Assembly: GCA_035528115.1 (NCBI GenBank)
Contig: DATKZF010000003.1
Location: 22,699 to 86,698, forward strand
DNA: 64,000 bases
Source: Candidatus Bipolaricaulota bacterium
GTDB lineage: Bacteria > Patescibacteriota > Patescibacteriia > UBA11705 > DATKZF01
Reading direction: 5' to 3'
Shown: piece by piece, positions 38,776-48,594 of the stretch
Numbering within the stretch: position 1 is the first letter of the stretch
Layout: every line of letters begins with the position of its first letter
Made by a program: the position numbers and the translations under genes
The notes under the pieces: generated by a model
The model's input: the letters and a program-made list of their open reading frames with translations, nothing else
Told to the model about the DNA's origin: nothing
Database searches by the model: none

Positions 38776-41207
38776 TGATTATGTACAGCGACAAATTCGA
38801 CAACAACGTAAAAAAGGCCATTTATAAAGCCTTTAATATAGCCAAGGCAACGGGTTGCGAGCAAGTCTTGCCCGCGCACCTGCTTTTGGCGTTGATCAAG
38901 CAAAAAGGCACCATTGCCAATGAACTGCTCAGTCCGAAATCGCTGGAAAGCAAAATTTTGGACACCGTTTCCAAACACAAATCCTCGGAAACTTTGAGAA
39001 AATTGCCGACACTGTCTTTATCCACGGAAGAAATCGTTTTGCGCGCCGCAAAAACCGCTTTCGAAAACAAACATCCGTTCATCGGCACCGAACATTTGTT
39101 TCATGCCATCATTTCGGACGAGAGCAATGATTTGAAAGAAATCTTTTCCAATAAAATAAACCGCGCCAATATCAAAACCCAGCTTAAAGCCCGCTTTAGC
39201 GGTATTTCCAGATTTCCGGAAATACGCGATATGTTTAATTTTTTCCAGGCGGACATGCCGACAGACATTATCGATAACCCGGCCGGCGACAAAAAACAAA
39301 ATCTGCTGGAATTTTTCGCCGTTGATTTGACCGATCCCAAAAATCAAAAAAAATTCATGCCGCTCATCGGCAGAGAAAAAGAAATCAGCCAACTGATTCA
39401 AATTTTGTGCCGAAAGAATAAAAATAATCCGCTGCTGCTCGGCGAGCCGGGCGTGGGCAAAACCGCGCTGGTCGAAGGCCTGGCGCAAAGAATTCTCGAA
39501 GGCAAAACACCTGACATTTTGGCTGATAAAAAAATTATGGCTTTGGATTTGGGTTCCTTGGTCGCCGGCACCATGTACCGCGGCGATTTCGAATCTCGCG
39601 TCAAACAAATTCTGGAAGAAATAAAATCGGATCCGAAAATAATTTTATTCATCGATGAAATCCACGCCATCACCGGCGCGGGCTCGGCCAGCGGCGCGCT
39701 GGACGCGGCCAATCTTTTCAAACCTCTGCTCGCTCGAGGCGAACTCCGATGCATCGGCGCGACCACCGATCAAGAATACAAAAAAACCATCAGCCAGGAC
39801 GCCGCCCTGGCCAGAAGATTTCAACCGTTGTCGCTCGGCGAACCGACCGGCGAAGAAACCTTTGAAATATTGCAAGGATTGAAAGAATGTTATGAAGACT
39901 TTCACGAAATAAAAATCAGCGACCAAGCCTTGCTGGCCGCGATTGACTTGTCTTCAAAATACAATCCGGAAAGATTCCAGCCTGACAAATCTCTGGATTT
40001 GATCGATGAGGCGTCGGCCATGCTGAAAATAGAAAATCCCGCGGCCAACGAGAAAATCAAAAAAACCAAAAACCTGCAAAAACAAATCGAAATTTTGCGC
40101 GGCCGCAAAGAAAAAGCGGTGCTGGAAGAAAATTACCACGAAGCCATTAACATCAGGGAACAAATACGCAAGCTCAAAAAAAACATCGAGGCTGAAAACG
40201 GGCAAAACCCGGACAAAAAATCTCTGCCCCTGCTTGAAGCGAGCGATATTCAAAAAGTTTTGGCGCAAAAACTAAACATTGATTTATCTCAAATCAGCCT
40301 GACCCAAAGCGGAAACCTGGCCGGTCTAAATGAAAAAATATCCAATATTGTCATTGGCCAAAATGGCATTATCGAAAAAGTCGTAAAAACCCTTAAAAAA
40401 TCATACACCGGACTCAATGCCGGCAAACGTCCGCTGGCTTCTTTTATCTTTGCCGGACCGAGCGGTTGCGGCAAAACCTATTTGGCCGAAGCGCTGTCAA
40501 ACTCCCTGTTCGCGGGCAGAAATAATTTAATTCGCCTGGACATGTCCGAATTCTCGGAACAATTCAATATTTCCAAACTGATCGGCGCTCCGGCGGGTTA
40601 CGTGGGCTACCAAGAAGAAAATAAATTCACGGATCAGGTCAAGAAAAAACCGCACAGCATTATTTTGTTGGATGAAGTGGAAAAAGCGCACAAAAGCGTT
40701 TACAATTTATTTCTGCAAATCTTGGACAGAGGGCAATTGACTGACGCGGCCGGAAAAATAATATCGTTTCGGCAAGCGATAATAATTTTCACCACCAATC
40801 TCGGAAATTCCAACGAGCGAATAAAAATCGGCTTCGGCGGCGACGGCAAGGAAGACAGCGGAGACAATGTCATTTCCGAAATCAAAAAATTCTTTTTGCC
40901 GGAATTCATAAATCGCTTGGATGAAATTTTAGTTTTTAACAGCTTGGACTTAAATAATTTGGAAAAAATAGCTACAATGGAATTAGCAAAGATAAAAGAC
41001 CGGCTTGAGGCCGCCGGCAAAAAAATGACATTCTCCGATGAAATCGCCGCCACCCTGGCCAAGCAATGCGAAAAGAAAAACGCGAGATCTCTGCTGAAAA
41101 TAATCGAAGAAAAAATCATTGAACCCCTGACGGAAAAAATAATCAGCTCCGCCGATAATTCTCTCATTGAAATAACTCTCGACGGCCAAAATATAAACAT
41201 AAAATAA
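38775..41207 (+). CDS. clpC: ATP-dependent Clp protease ATP-binding subunit ClpC/ClpA-like
   Basis: 810 aa; duplicated Clp_N repeats; Walker A GEPGVGKTALVEGLA and GPSGCGKTYLAEALS; sensor/arginine-finger motifs. Confidence 0.85.
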   Translation: MIMYSDKFDNNVKKAIYKAFNIAKATGCEQVLPAHLLLALIKQKGTIANELLSPKSLESKILDTVSKHKSSETLRKLPTLSLSTEEIVLRAAKTAFENKHPFIGTEHLFHAIISDESNDLKEIFSNKINRANIKTQLKARFSGISRFPEIRDMFNFFQADMPTDIIDNPAGDKKQNLLEFFAVDLTDPKNQKKFMPLIGREKEISQLIQILCRKNKNNPLLLGEPGVGKTALVEGLAQRILEGKTPDILADKKIMALDLGSLVAGTMYRGDFESRVKQILEEIKSDPKIILFIDEIHAITGAGSASGALDAANLFKPLLARGELRCIGATTDQEYKKTISQDAALARRFQPLSLGEPTGEETFEILQGLKECYEDFHEIKISDQALLAAIDLSSKYNPERFQPDKSLDLIDEASAMLKIENPAANEKIKKTKNLQKQIEILRGRKEKAVLEENYHEAINIREQIRKLKKNIEAENGQNPDKKSLPLLEASDIQKVLAQKLNIDLSQISLTQSGNLAGLNEKISNIVIGQNGIIEKVVKTLKKSYTGLNAGKRPLASFIFAGPSGCGKTYLAEALSNSLFAGRNNLIRLDMSEFSEQFNISKLIGAPAGYVGYQEENKFTDQVKKKPHSIILLDEVEKAHKSVYNLFLQILDRGQLTDAAGKIISFRQAIIIFTTNLGNSNERIKIGFGGDGKEDSGDNVISEIKKFFLPEFINRLDEILVFNSLDLNNLEKIATMELAKIKDRLEAAGKKMTFSDEIAATLAKQCEKKNARSLLKIIEEKIIEPLTEKIISSADNSLIEITLDGQNINIK

Positions 41208-41870
41208 ATGACTCCGATCAATCAAGCCGCGGCGGCCGATGACAATCAAAGACAGGATGTCAACGCGACTGAAAATACCGATGTCAATAACGAACCCGCG
41301 CCGAAAAGAGGCGGGCTGGCTTATAGTGAACAAAAAGCCGCGCCAAGCAGCGCTCCGGCTCCGGATCGAGCGGCTGACGAGCTGACCATGGCCAGGCGAT
41401 TGAAACGGCGAAAGATGAAAGACAAAGTCAGGAGAGCAAGGAGCGTCGCCGGAGGCGGCGCCAAACTCGCGGGCAAAGGCATGAAAGTCGCGGGCAAAGG
41501 CATGAAAGTCGCTGGCAAAGGCATAAAGGCGGGGGGACAAGCCGTTGGCGCGACGGGCAGCGCCCTGTCATCAACCGGAATCGGCGCGATTGTCGGCGTG
41601 CCTTTGCAAATAGCGGGCGGCGCCATGTCCTTGGGAGGCTCGGCGGTCTCCGCGGGCGGCTCGGGATTGGGCAAACTCGGAAAAATGGCAAGCCCGGGCA
41701 AAGCGCGGCCGGAAGAACCGGCTCAAAAAGTCGTCAAAGCCGCAAAAAAAGCGATTTCCACCTTTGTAAAAATATTCGTGCCGCTCGTTTGCTGCAATCC
41801 TTTCTGTCTGCTTATTTTACTGATTTTATTCATAGTTATAATGATCGCGCACCAGCTTGGCATGTTGTGA
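41208..41870 (+). CDS. Gly/Ala-rich tail-anchored hypothetical protein, translationally coupled to clpC
   Basis: 220 aa; start overlaps the clpC stop (taaATG); three 21-bp tandem repeats encoding AGKGMKV; C-terminal TM helix. Confidence 0.5.
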   Translation: MTPINQAAAADDNQRQDVNATENTDVNNEPAPKRGGLAYSEQKAAPSSAPAPDRAADELTMARRLKRRKMKDKVRRARSVAGGGAKLAGKGMKVAGKGMKVAGKGIKAGGQAVGATGSALSSTGIGAIVGVPLQIAGGAMSLGGSAVSAGGSGLGKLGKMASPGKARPEEPAQKVVKAAKKAISTFVKIFVPLVCCNPFCLLILLILFIVIMIAHQLGML

Positions 41871-41993
41871 CGCATGGAGCCATATCACATATCACGTATC
41901 ATGGATCACATATCATGGAACATGAAGCATGGAGCACGTAACACGTATCACATAACAAAAGAACAGAAAGACAGAGAAACAAGGCCGACGCTG

Positions 41994-42205
41994 TTGTCAT
42001 CTCGACCGCCTGCCTGCTCCTCGAGTCTGAGCTCGGAGTCGAAGACCGGCAGGCAGGAAGTCGTCCGAAGCCGCGGCGAAGGATGACGAAGCGGAGAGAT
42101 CTTTTCCTAATTAACCATCGTTGTCATCTCGACCGAAGCGGAGAGATCTTTTCCTAATTAACCATCGTTGTCATCTCGACCGAAGCGGAGAGATCTTTTC
42201 CTAAT
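41994..42205. repeat. three tandem family C MITE-like copies (first with nested family B palindrome at 42009-42057)
   Basis: ttgtcatctcgacc...gaagcggagagatcttttcctaattaaccatcg repeated three times. Confidence 0.7.
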
Positions 42206-42215
42206 TCTTCGGAAT

Positions 42216-42300
42216 AGATTTCTCCATCCCCGGTTTCCAATTTCCGGTTTCCGGTTTCTATTTCCCATTCCCCATTACTCTTTACCAATTACTTTTAACA
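42216..42300 (+). promoter_or_regulatory. conserved upstream module (family E) ahead of the 42310 operon
   Basis: atttctccatccccggtttccaatttccggtttccggtttc is nearly identical to 262-302 upstream of dnaB. Confidence 0.5.
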
Positions 42301-42309
42301 AAAAAAAAT

Positions 42310-43581
42310 ATGAATTTATCAAATCTGCCCGTAAAAAAAATCGGTTTGGCCGCACTTATTTTAATCATCGCAGCCGGCGCCGGTTATGGAATTTATTATT
42401 TATTTTTCAGACAAGCCGCCCCGGTGATTACCGAAAATGAGGCAACCAATGAAGCGGCGGGCGGTTTGCCCACGGGTCCGGCCGGAGGCGTGACCAATCA
42501 AATCGTCAATGGCGTTCCGGTCAATGAAGCTTTGCCCGGAATTCCCGGAATTCCCAAAACCATCACCAAAGTCCCGGCTCCGACCGGTATTTCCGCCATC
42601 GCTGCGGGCGGCGTCACCAAAGTCGCCACCAATTTCACGGGCGCGGTGGCCGCGGTCAATATGCCGGCAGGACAAAACAATCCTCTCTTTTACAATCCTC
42701 AGGATGGTTATTTTTACGAAATCAGCTCCTTTGGCACGACCACTAAAAAGTCCAACACTTCTTATCCCAACGCGCAAAACATCGCCTGGGCGTCAAACGG
42801 AGACAAGGCTATTTTGGAATTTCCGGACGGCTCGAACATCTTGTACGATTTTAAATTGCAAAAGCAGACTTCCCTGCCCAAGTCGTGGCAAGATTTTCAG
42901 TTCAACGATCAAGGCTCGAAAATCGCTTTCAAAGATATAAATGTCAATGAAAATTACAACTGGCTGGCTATCGCCGATCCGGACGGTTCCAAACAAAAAT
43001 ATTTGGAAACATTGGGAGACCGCGGCAGCCGAGTGGAAATCAATTGGTCGCCGACAAGCAACACGGTCGCCAATTATTACAAATCCGAAAACGCGTCCTC
43101 GACCACGATTTACATGATCGGACAAAACGAAGAAAATTTCAGAGCGATCGATGCCAAGGGCCAATTCGTGCAATCCAAGTGGGTGCCTGACGGCAAGAGA
43201 ATGGTTTACAGCGCCTATAGCGCGGAAACGGACAACAAACCCAATCTTTATATCGTTGACGCCGTCGGCGACAGTGTGGGCTACAACCACAATTCTCTCA
43301 ATCTGAACACCTGGATCGATAAATGCGTCTTCCAAGGAGAAAGCATCATGTACTGCGCCGTGCCCAAATCTCTGCCCAGCGACGCGGGTTTTCAGCCGAC
43401 AATCGCGGACACCATACCGGACTACATATACAAAATAGATTTAAATACGGGCTCAAAGGTCATTATCGCCGAACCGGAATACAGCTACACGATTCAAAAC
43501 ATGGAAATTTCTCCGGACGGCAAATATCTTTACTTCACGGACAAAGCTTTGGGGCAGCTGCATAATATTCAATTGAAATAA
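42310..43581 (+). CDS. secreted/membrane-anchored hypothetical protein with beta-propeller-like (TolB/WD40-like) C-terminal region
   Basis: 423 aa; N-terminal TM (LAALILIIAAGAGYGIYYLFF); SPDGKYLYFTD-type motifs. Confidence 0.45.
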   Translation: MNLSNLPVKKIGLAALILIIAAGAGYGIYYLFFRQAAPVITENEATNEAAGGLPTGPAGGVTNQIVNGVPVNEALPGIPGIPKTITKVPAPTGISAIAAGGVTKVATNFTGAVAAVNMPAGQNNPLFYNPQDGYFYEISSFGTTTKKSNTSYPNAQNIAWASNGDKAILEFPDGSNILYDFKLQKQTSLPKSWQDFQFNDQGSKIAFKDINVNENYNWLAIADPDGSKQKYLETLGDRGSRVEINWSPTSNTVANYYKSENASSTTIYMIGQNEENFRAIDAKGQFVQSKWVPDGKRMVYSAYSAETDNKPNLYIVDAVGDSVGYNHNSLNLNTWIDKCVFQGESIMYCAVPKSLPSDAGFQPTIADTIPDYIYKIDLNTGSKVIIAEPEYSYTIQNMEISPDGKYLYFTDKALGQLHNIQLK

Positions 43582-43584
43582 AAT

Positions 43585-45333
43585 ATGAAAAAAATCGCGC
43601 TTTTCGCTTTTTGCATTTTTTTCGTTTTATCAATCAGGCCGGCTGACGCGGCCAATACTTTTTGCGATTGCCAAAACAGAACCGGCGACTGCCAAATACT
43701 TTGCAGCGGCTATCAAGATTCGGATAAAATTTGCGAATGCGAAGTCGGACAATCCTTTACCGCTATAGATCAAACGGTCTGCGACACCCAATGCGCGGCT
43801 CAAGCCGCGGCCGCCGCGAGCGCGAATTTACCCAAAGTCAATTCCATTTTCTGCGATTGCAACACTCAAATTTCGCAAACAAACGATCAATGTAAAACAC
43901 AATGTCCCAATTACAATAATCAAAAAATCTGCATGTGCGCAATCGGCGCCAAACCGACAACGATGAACGCGGATGCGACCGCCGCCGTCTGCCAAACAGA
44001 TTGCCAAACCGCGGCGGCCGGGCAAACGGAAACCTCTCCGCCCGCCGAAACCTCGGTTGAAGCCGGACAACCGGCTCCGGCCACCTCGCCGGCCATCAAA
44101 CCCAAATTATACGTGCCCATTCCCGATCTCCATTTTTCCGATGTTGTCTTGGCCACCACTGGCGGCGGCGCGGCCAGCCTGCCTTGGATTTCCGAATATG
44201 TCATTGCCGTTTACAAATACGCCATGGGCATCGGTTCTATTTTGGGCATTATTATGATCATGATCGCCGGGGTCTTGTACCTGACCTCAGCCGGCAATCC
44301 TCAAAGAGTCGGACAGGCCAAAGATTATATTGTCGGCTCAGTGATCGGCTTGACCGTTTTGTTTTCTTCGTATTTGATTTTGAATTTTATCAATCCTCAA
44401 TTAACAAAATTAGGCAGTCTCCAATTTCAAACCGTTTCTTTGGAACAACTTGAGATAGAATTCCAAGACGCGGAAGCCGTGGGCAGAGAGGATGTTAATG
44501 CCGGAGATTACGCCCCCATTCCCGGAGCCGCGCCTTCGGCGCCCGCTCCCCGCCCGTCAGGAGAAGTATTGCCTGTAGTTGCGCTAGATCCAGACAATTG
44601 TAAACCCAGTAAACCCAGTGGGATTGGCAACGCATCCTTGCTTTCAAAATATCAGGAAATGAATTGTTTAAGCCTTGGCCAAAGAAGTTTAGCTAACATA
44701 ACCAGAGTATACATTCATGAGGGTTCAACCGCCGAAAAAAATGTAAAATCTTGGATTAATAAATACAAAAAAGAAGGAAAAACCATAAGCAGCCACTACA
44801 CGATCAACCGCGACGGAACAATCTATCAAATGTTAGGTGAAGAAAAAGTCGCGGCTCATGTTCCATGTAGAAAAGTTTTTAATGAAAGAACCGGAAAAAA
44901 AGATAAATGTGACCCAAATGGAATACCCAACAAGAACTCCATTGGAATTGATTTGGAAGTCAATGTCCGAACAGCATACTATTGGAGCAAAATCAATACT
45001 TGCTTGGGATTGGTGAAAGATAAAAAGATTAAAGGGGTTGAAAACACAAAGGAAGCCGCGATCGAATTCTGCACACCCACATATACCCAAGCCCAGTATG
45101 ATTCTCTGAAAAAATTATTGCAGAGCATTGCCGGCAGAACAGGCTATTCTTATGACATAAGCCACACTTTCGCTCATTGCGAATGGGGCGGGCACACCGA
45201 TCCTCGAAACTTTGACTGGTCAAAACTGGGTCAAAGCACTGAGACGCATCAAGACAGAAATCCGAGCTATTGTAAATATTTTCCCATTTATGAAGAGAGG
45301 GTCAAAGAACTTGCTGATAAACTTTTTCAATAA
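43585..45333 (+). CDS. secreted Cys-rich protein with T4SS-pilin-like TM hairpin and C-terminal N-acetylmuramoyl-L-alanine amidase (Amidase_2/PGRP) domain
   Basis: 582 aa; signal peptide; more than 20 Cys in the N-terminal domain; pilin-like AMGIGSILGIIMIMIAGVLYLTSAGNPQRVGQAK motif; amidase motifs HYTINRDGTIYQ, IGIDLE and FAHCEWGGHTDPRNF. Confidence 0.6.
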   Translation: MKKIALFAFCIFFVLSIRPADAANTFCDCQNRTGDCQILCSGYQDSDKICECEVGQSFTAIDQTVCDTQCAAQAAAAASANLPKVNSIFCDCNTQISQTNDQCKTQCPNYNNQKICMCAIGAKPTTMNADATAAVCQTDCQTAAAGQTETSPPAETSVEAGQPAPATSPAIKPKLYVPIPDLHFSDVVLATTGGGAASLPWISEYVIAVYKYAMGIGSILGIIMIMIAGVLYLTSAGNPQRVGQAKDYIVGSVIGLTVLFSSYLILNFINPQLTKLGSLQFQTVSLEQLEIEFQDAEAVGREDVNAGDYAPIPGAAPSAPAPRPSGEVLPVVALDPDNCKPSKPSGIGNASLLSKYQEMNCLSLGQRSLANITRVYIHEGSTAEKNVKSWINKYKKEGKTISSHYTINRDGTIYQMLGEEKVAAHVPCRKVFNERTGKKDKCDPNGIPNKNSIGIDLEVNVRTAYYWSKINTCLGLVKDKKIKGVENTKEAAIEFCTPTYTQAQYDSLKKLLQSIAGRTGYSYDISHTFAHCEWGGHTDPRNFDWSKLGQSTETHQDRNPSYCKYFPIYEERVKELADKLFQ

Positions 45334-45336
45334 ATT

Positions 45337-47148
45337 ATGAAAAAAATATTTATTTACTTCTTCTTCAGCTTGATTTTTTTAACACTGAGCGCCCAGGATT
45401 CGTTCGGGGCTTCGGTTTTTTGCGATTGCGCCGCTCAAAGCGGTTGCGCGCTAACATGCCAAGGGCAAAGTACGGCTGCGAAAATATGCCAGTGCGCCAA
45501 TGGAAATGATTATAGCGTTTCCAGCCAAAGCGAGTGCGTTAATCAATGCAATATAACTAATTCAGAAATCCTATCATATTGCGAATGCCCTGTCAGCGGC
45601 GAATGCCCAACTTTATGTTCAAATACGCCCGCTGATTCAAAGATATGCAAATGCGACAACGGCAATACAATATCAGTCGCAAACTCGACTCAATGCGACA
45701 CTCAATGCGCGGCTCAAGCCGCGGCCGCCGCGAGCGCGAATTTGCCCACGGTCAATTCCATTTTTTGCGATTGCAACACTCAAATTTCGCAAACAAACGA
45801 TCAATGCAAAACTCAATGCCCCAATTACAATAATCAAAAAATCTGCATGTGCGGACTTGGCGCCAAACCGAAAACGATGAATGCCGAAGCGACCCCCGCC
45901 GTCTGCCAAACCGATTGCCAAGCCGCTGCGCTGGCTGTAACTTCCGCTCCGGCCGAGACCGCGGCCGAGCCCGGACAACCGGCTCCGGCCACCTCGCCGG
46001 CCATCAAACCAAAACTTACCGTGCCCATTCCGGATCTCCATTTTTCCGATGTCGTTTTGGCCACCGCGGGCGGCGGCGCGGCCAGCCTGCCTTGGATTTC
46101 CGAATATGTCATCGCGGTTTACAAATACGCCATGGGTATCGGCTCGATTTTGGCCGTGATCATGATCATGATCGCCGGAATTTTATACCTGACCTCGGCC
46201 GGCAATCCGCAAAGAATCGGCCAGGCCAAAGGCTACATCATCGGCTCGATCACGGGCCTGACAATTTTATTCAGTTCGTATTTGCTTTTGAATTTGATCA
46301 ATCCGGCATTGACGCGATTGGGACCTATTGGGATTGGAGTTGTTGAGGCGGAAAGGCTGGCATGGGAAGAATCTTTCGCGATTGCGGAGGCAGCAGCGAT
46401 AACGCCACCGAATGTTGAACAAACAGATCCTGAAAAATTAATACCAACCGAAAGAGCCGGTTGCACGGATACAGGTAAGGCAAGCAAGCCATCCGGATTT
46501 AGCATGGCGAATACTTCTCTTCTAGGTAAACTCGACTGCAACGCGACACGCCAAAGGCAAGTAAGCAGCATAAAATATATCGTATTGCACGACGGCGGCG
46601 GCGCCGCGTTCAATGTGAGTTTTTGGACAAAAAGATGTCAAGAAAAAGGCTATCAGAGTTGCCCGGCTTCTCACTACACAATCAATAGAAGCGGGGCGAT
46701 ATATCAAACATTGGGAGAAGAAAAAGTCGCCTACCACGCTCAAGCGTATAATTCCGCCGGCATCGGCATAGATTTGGAAAATGATTTGCCATCGAAATTC
46801 ATTTACAGTAGGGTAGATGATTGCCTGACAGCCTGCAAAGACGGCAAATATCCGTGCAAAAAAGCGACCGCGAACAATAAACAATACGCTATCAGCAAGT
46901 GCACGCCAGAAAAATCAGTGTCGCAATACGTGTCCCTGGCATTGCTTATACAAGACATCAGGACGCGCGCCCCAGGAGCTAAGGTAGTGGCTCACTGCGA
47001 AGGAGGAGTTCATAGCGATCCGCGCAATTTTAATTGGAGATTGATTGGGATTGATCCCGCGGCGCATCCAGACACAGCCCATTGTAAATTTTATCCCACT
47101 TACTCAGACAGGGTAAAATCCTTGGCAGATAAAATTTTTGGCCCATAA
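45337..47148 (+). CDS. paralogous secreted Cys-rich / pilin-like TM / Amidase_2 protein
   Basis: 603 aa; N-terminal and pilin-like segments nearly identical at DNA level to the 43585 gene; diverged amidase domain (SHYTINRSGAIYQ, VAHCEGGVHSDPRNF). Confidence 0.6.
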   Translation: MKKIFIYFFFSLIFLTLSAQDSFGASVFCDCAAQSGCALTCQGQSTAAKICQCANGNDYSVSSQSECVNQCNITNSEILSYCECPVSGECPTLCSNTPADSKICKCDNGNTISVANSTQCDTQCAAQAAAAASANLPTVNSIFCDCNTQISQTNDQCKTQCPNYNNQKICMCGLGAKPKTMNAEATPAVCQTDCQAAALAVTSAPAETAAEPGQPAPATSPAIKPKLTVPIPDLHFSDVVLATAGGGAASLPWISEYVIAVYKYAMGIGSILAVIMIMIAGILYLTSAGNPQRIGQAKGYIIGSITGLTILFSSYLLLNLINPALTRLGPIGIGVVEAERLAWEESFAIAEAAAITPPNVEQTDPEKLIPTERAGCTDTGKASKPSGFSMANTSLLGKLDCNATRQRQVSSIKYIVLHDGGGAAFNVSFWTKRCQEKGYQSCPASHYTINRSGAIYQTLGEEKVAYHAQAYNSAGIGIDLENDLPSKFIYSRVDDCLTACKDGKYPCKKATANNKQYAISKCTPEKSVSQYVSLALLIQDIRTRAPGAKVVAHCEGGVHSDPRNFNWRLIGIDPAAHPDTAHCKFYPTYSDRVKSLADKIFGP

Positions 47149-47151
47149 TTT

Positions 47152-48453
47152 ATGCTATTCACCTGCTCCAAATGCGACGCTCAATTGCCCAAATGGTCCG
47201 GACGCTGTTCCGAGTGCCAAGCTTGGGGCACGATTGAAAAAGCCGCCGGCAACGGGCAGAAGACGGCATTTAAAAGCGACTCCAAAATAATTTCGCTTGA
47301 TGAAATAGACAATCTAAGGCTGGAGCGGCTGAAAACCAAGGTAAAAGAATTCGATGAATTTTTAGGAGGGGGGCTGGTCGAAGGCAGCCTTCTTTTAATC
47401 GGCGGCGAGCCCGGCATCGGCAAATCCACGGTCGCCTTGCAGCTGCTCGGCAAATTCGGCCAAGATTCGCTTTATATCAGCGGCGAAGAATCCGCTCAGC
47501 AGATCAAACTGCGGGCTCAAAGAATCGGCGAAAGTAATTTGAAAATTCTCAACACCAACTCGCTCGAAGACATTCTTTATCATTTGCAAACTTCAAAACC
47601 AAAAATCGCCATCATTGATTCGATTCAAACGATTTATTCTTCGCAAATAGAAGGCGAGGCGGGCAATATCGCGCAAATCAAAACCATTGCGGTCAAACTG
47701 CTCGAGCTGGCCAAAAAACAAAACATCGCTTTGATCATTATCGGCCACATCACCAAAGACGGCTCCATTGCCGGGCCGAAAACGCTGGAGCATTTGGTGG
47801 ACGCGGTTTTTTATCTGGAAGGCGAAAAAAATTCGGATTTGAGAATTTTGAGATCAATAAAAAACAGGTTCGGCTCGACCAATGAACTGATTATTTTCGA
47901 AATGACCGAGGCCGGCCTTCAAATCGTGAGCAACCCGTCTAAATTATTTCTCTCGCCCACGCCGCTTGACGTGGCCGGCACAGTGACCGGAGCGGTCATC
48001 GAAGGTTCGAGATGTTTTTTGGTGGAAGTGCAAGCCTTGATCAATCAGACGGTCTTCGGGTATCCGCAAAGAAAATCAAGCGGCTATGATTTGAATCGGT
48101 TTCAACTTCTTTTGGCTGTGCTGGGAAAACGAGCGAATTTGAATTTCAATACGCAAGACGCGCATCTTAATGTCACGGGCGGATTCAAAATAAAAGAACC
48201 CGCGCTTGACCTGGCCGTGGCCATGGCTTGCGCCTCGGCCCTCACCAATAAGACGCTCGGCCCGAAAACATTGGTTTTCGGCGAAGTGGGCCTGGCCGGA
48301 GAAATTCGAGCCGTGAAACAGGCTGAAAAACGTCTAAAAGAAGGCGAAAAATTGGGGTTTGAGGCGGCTATTGTCCCTTTTGGCGTCAAATACACGGGCA
48401 ACATGAAAATCAGCCAAATAAAGACAATTTCAGAAGCGATTCAATTACTTTAA
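47152..48453 (+). CDS. radA: DNA repair protein RadA/Sms
   Basis: 433 aa; N-terminal C4 zinc finger; Walker A GGEPGIGKST; KNRFG motif; Lon-like C-terminus. Confidence 0.9.
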   Translation: MLFTCSKCDAQLPKWSGRCSECQAWGTIEKAAGNGQKTAFKSDSKIISLDEIDNLRLERLKTKVKEFDEFLGGGLVEGSLLLIGGEPGIGKSTVALQLLGKFGQDSLYISGEESAQQIKLRAQRIGESNLKILNTNSLEDILYHLQTSKPKIAIIDSIQTIYSSQIEGEAGNIAQIKTIAVKLLELAKKQNIALIIIGHITKDGSIAGPKTLEHLVDAVFYLEGEKNSDLRILRSIKNRFGSTNELIIFEMTEAGLQIVSNPSKLFLSPTPLDVAGTVTGAVIEGSRCFLVEVQALINQTVFGYPQRKSSGYDLNRFQLLLAVLGKRANLNFNTQDAHLNVTGGFKIKEPALDLAVAMACASALTNKTLGPKTLVFGEVGLAGEIRAVKQAEKRLKEGEKLGFEAAIVPFGVKYTGNMKISQIKTISEAIQLL

Positions 48454-48594
48454 TAATGCGACCTTGGCGCGTTCCTACATGTGGCGATGGCGGCGAATTT
48501 GGATTTTCATCGTCGATTTGAGGACAGGGCAGTGCCCTGTCCCTACACCATGCCGCCTTTTTCGTCATTCCCGACCCCGATCGGGAATTCGCTT

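Noticed and set aside
41466-41528. 21-bp tandem repeats and the tRNA 70-bp spacer repeats as a possible CRISPR array
   Set aside because: The 21-bp units lie inside an ORF and encode AGKGMKV. The 70-bp units separate tRNA genes, have no unique spacers, and no cas genes are present.
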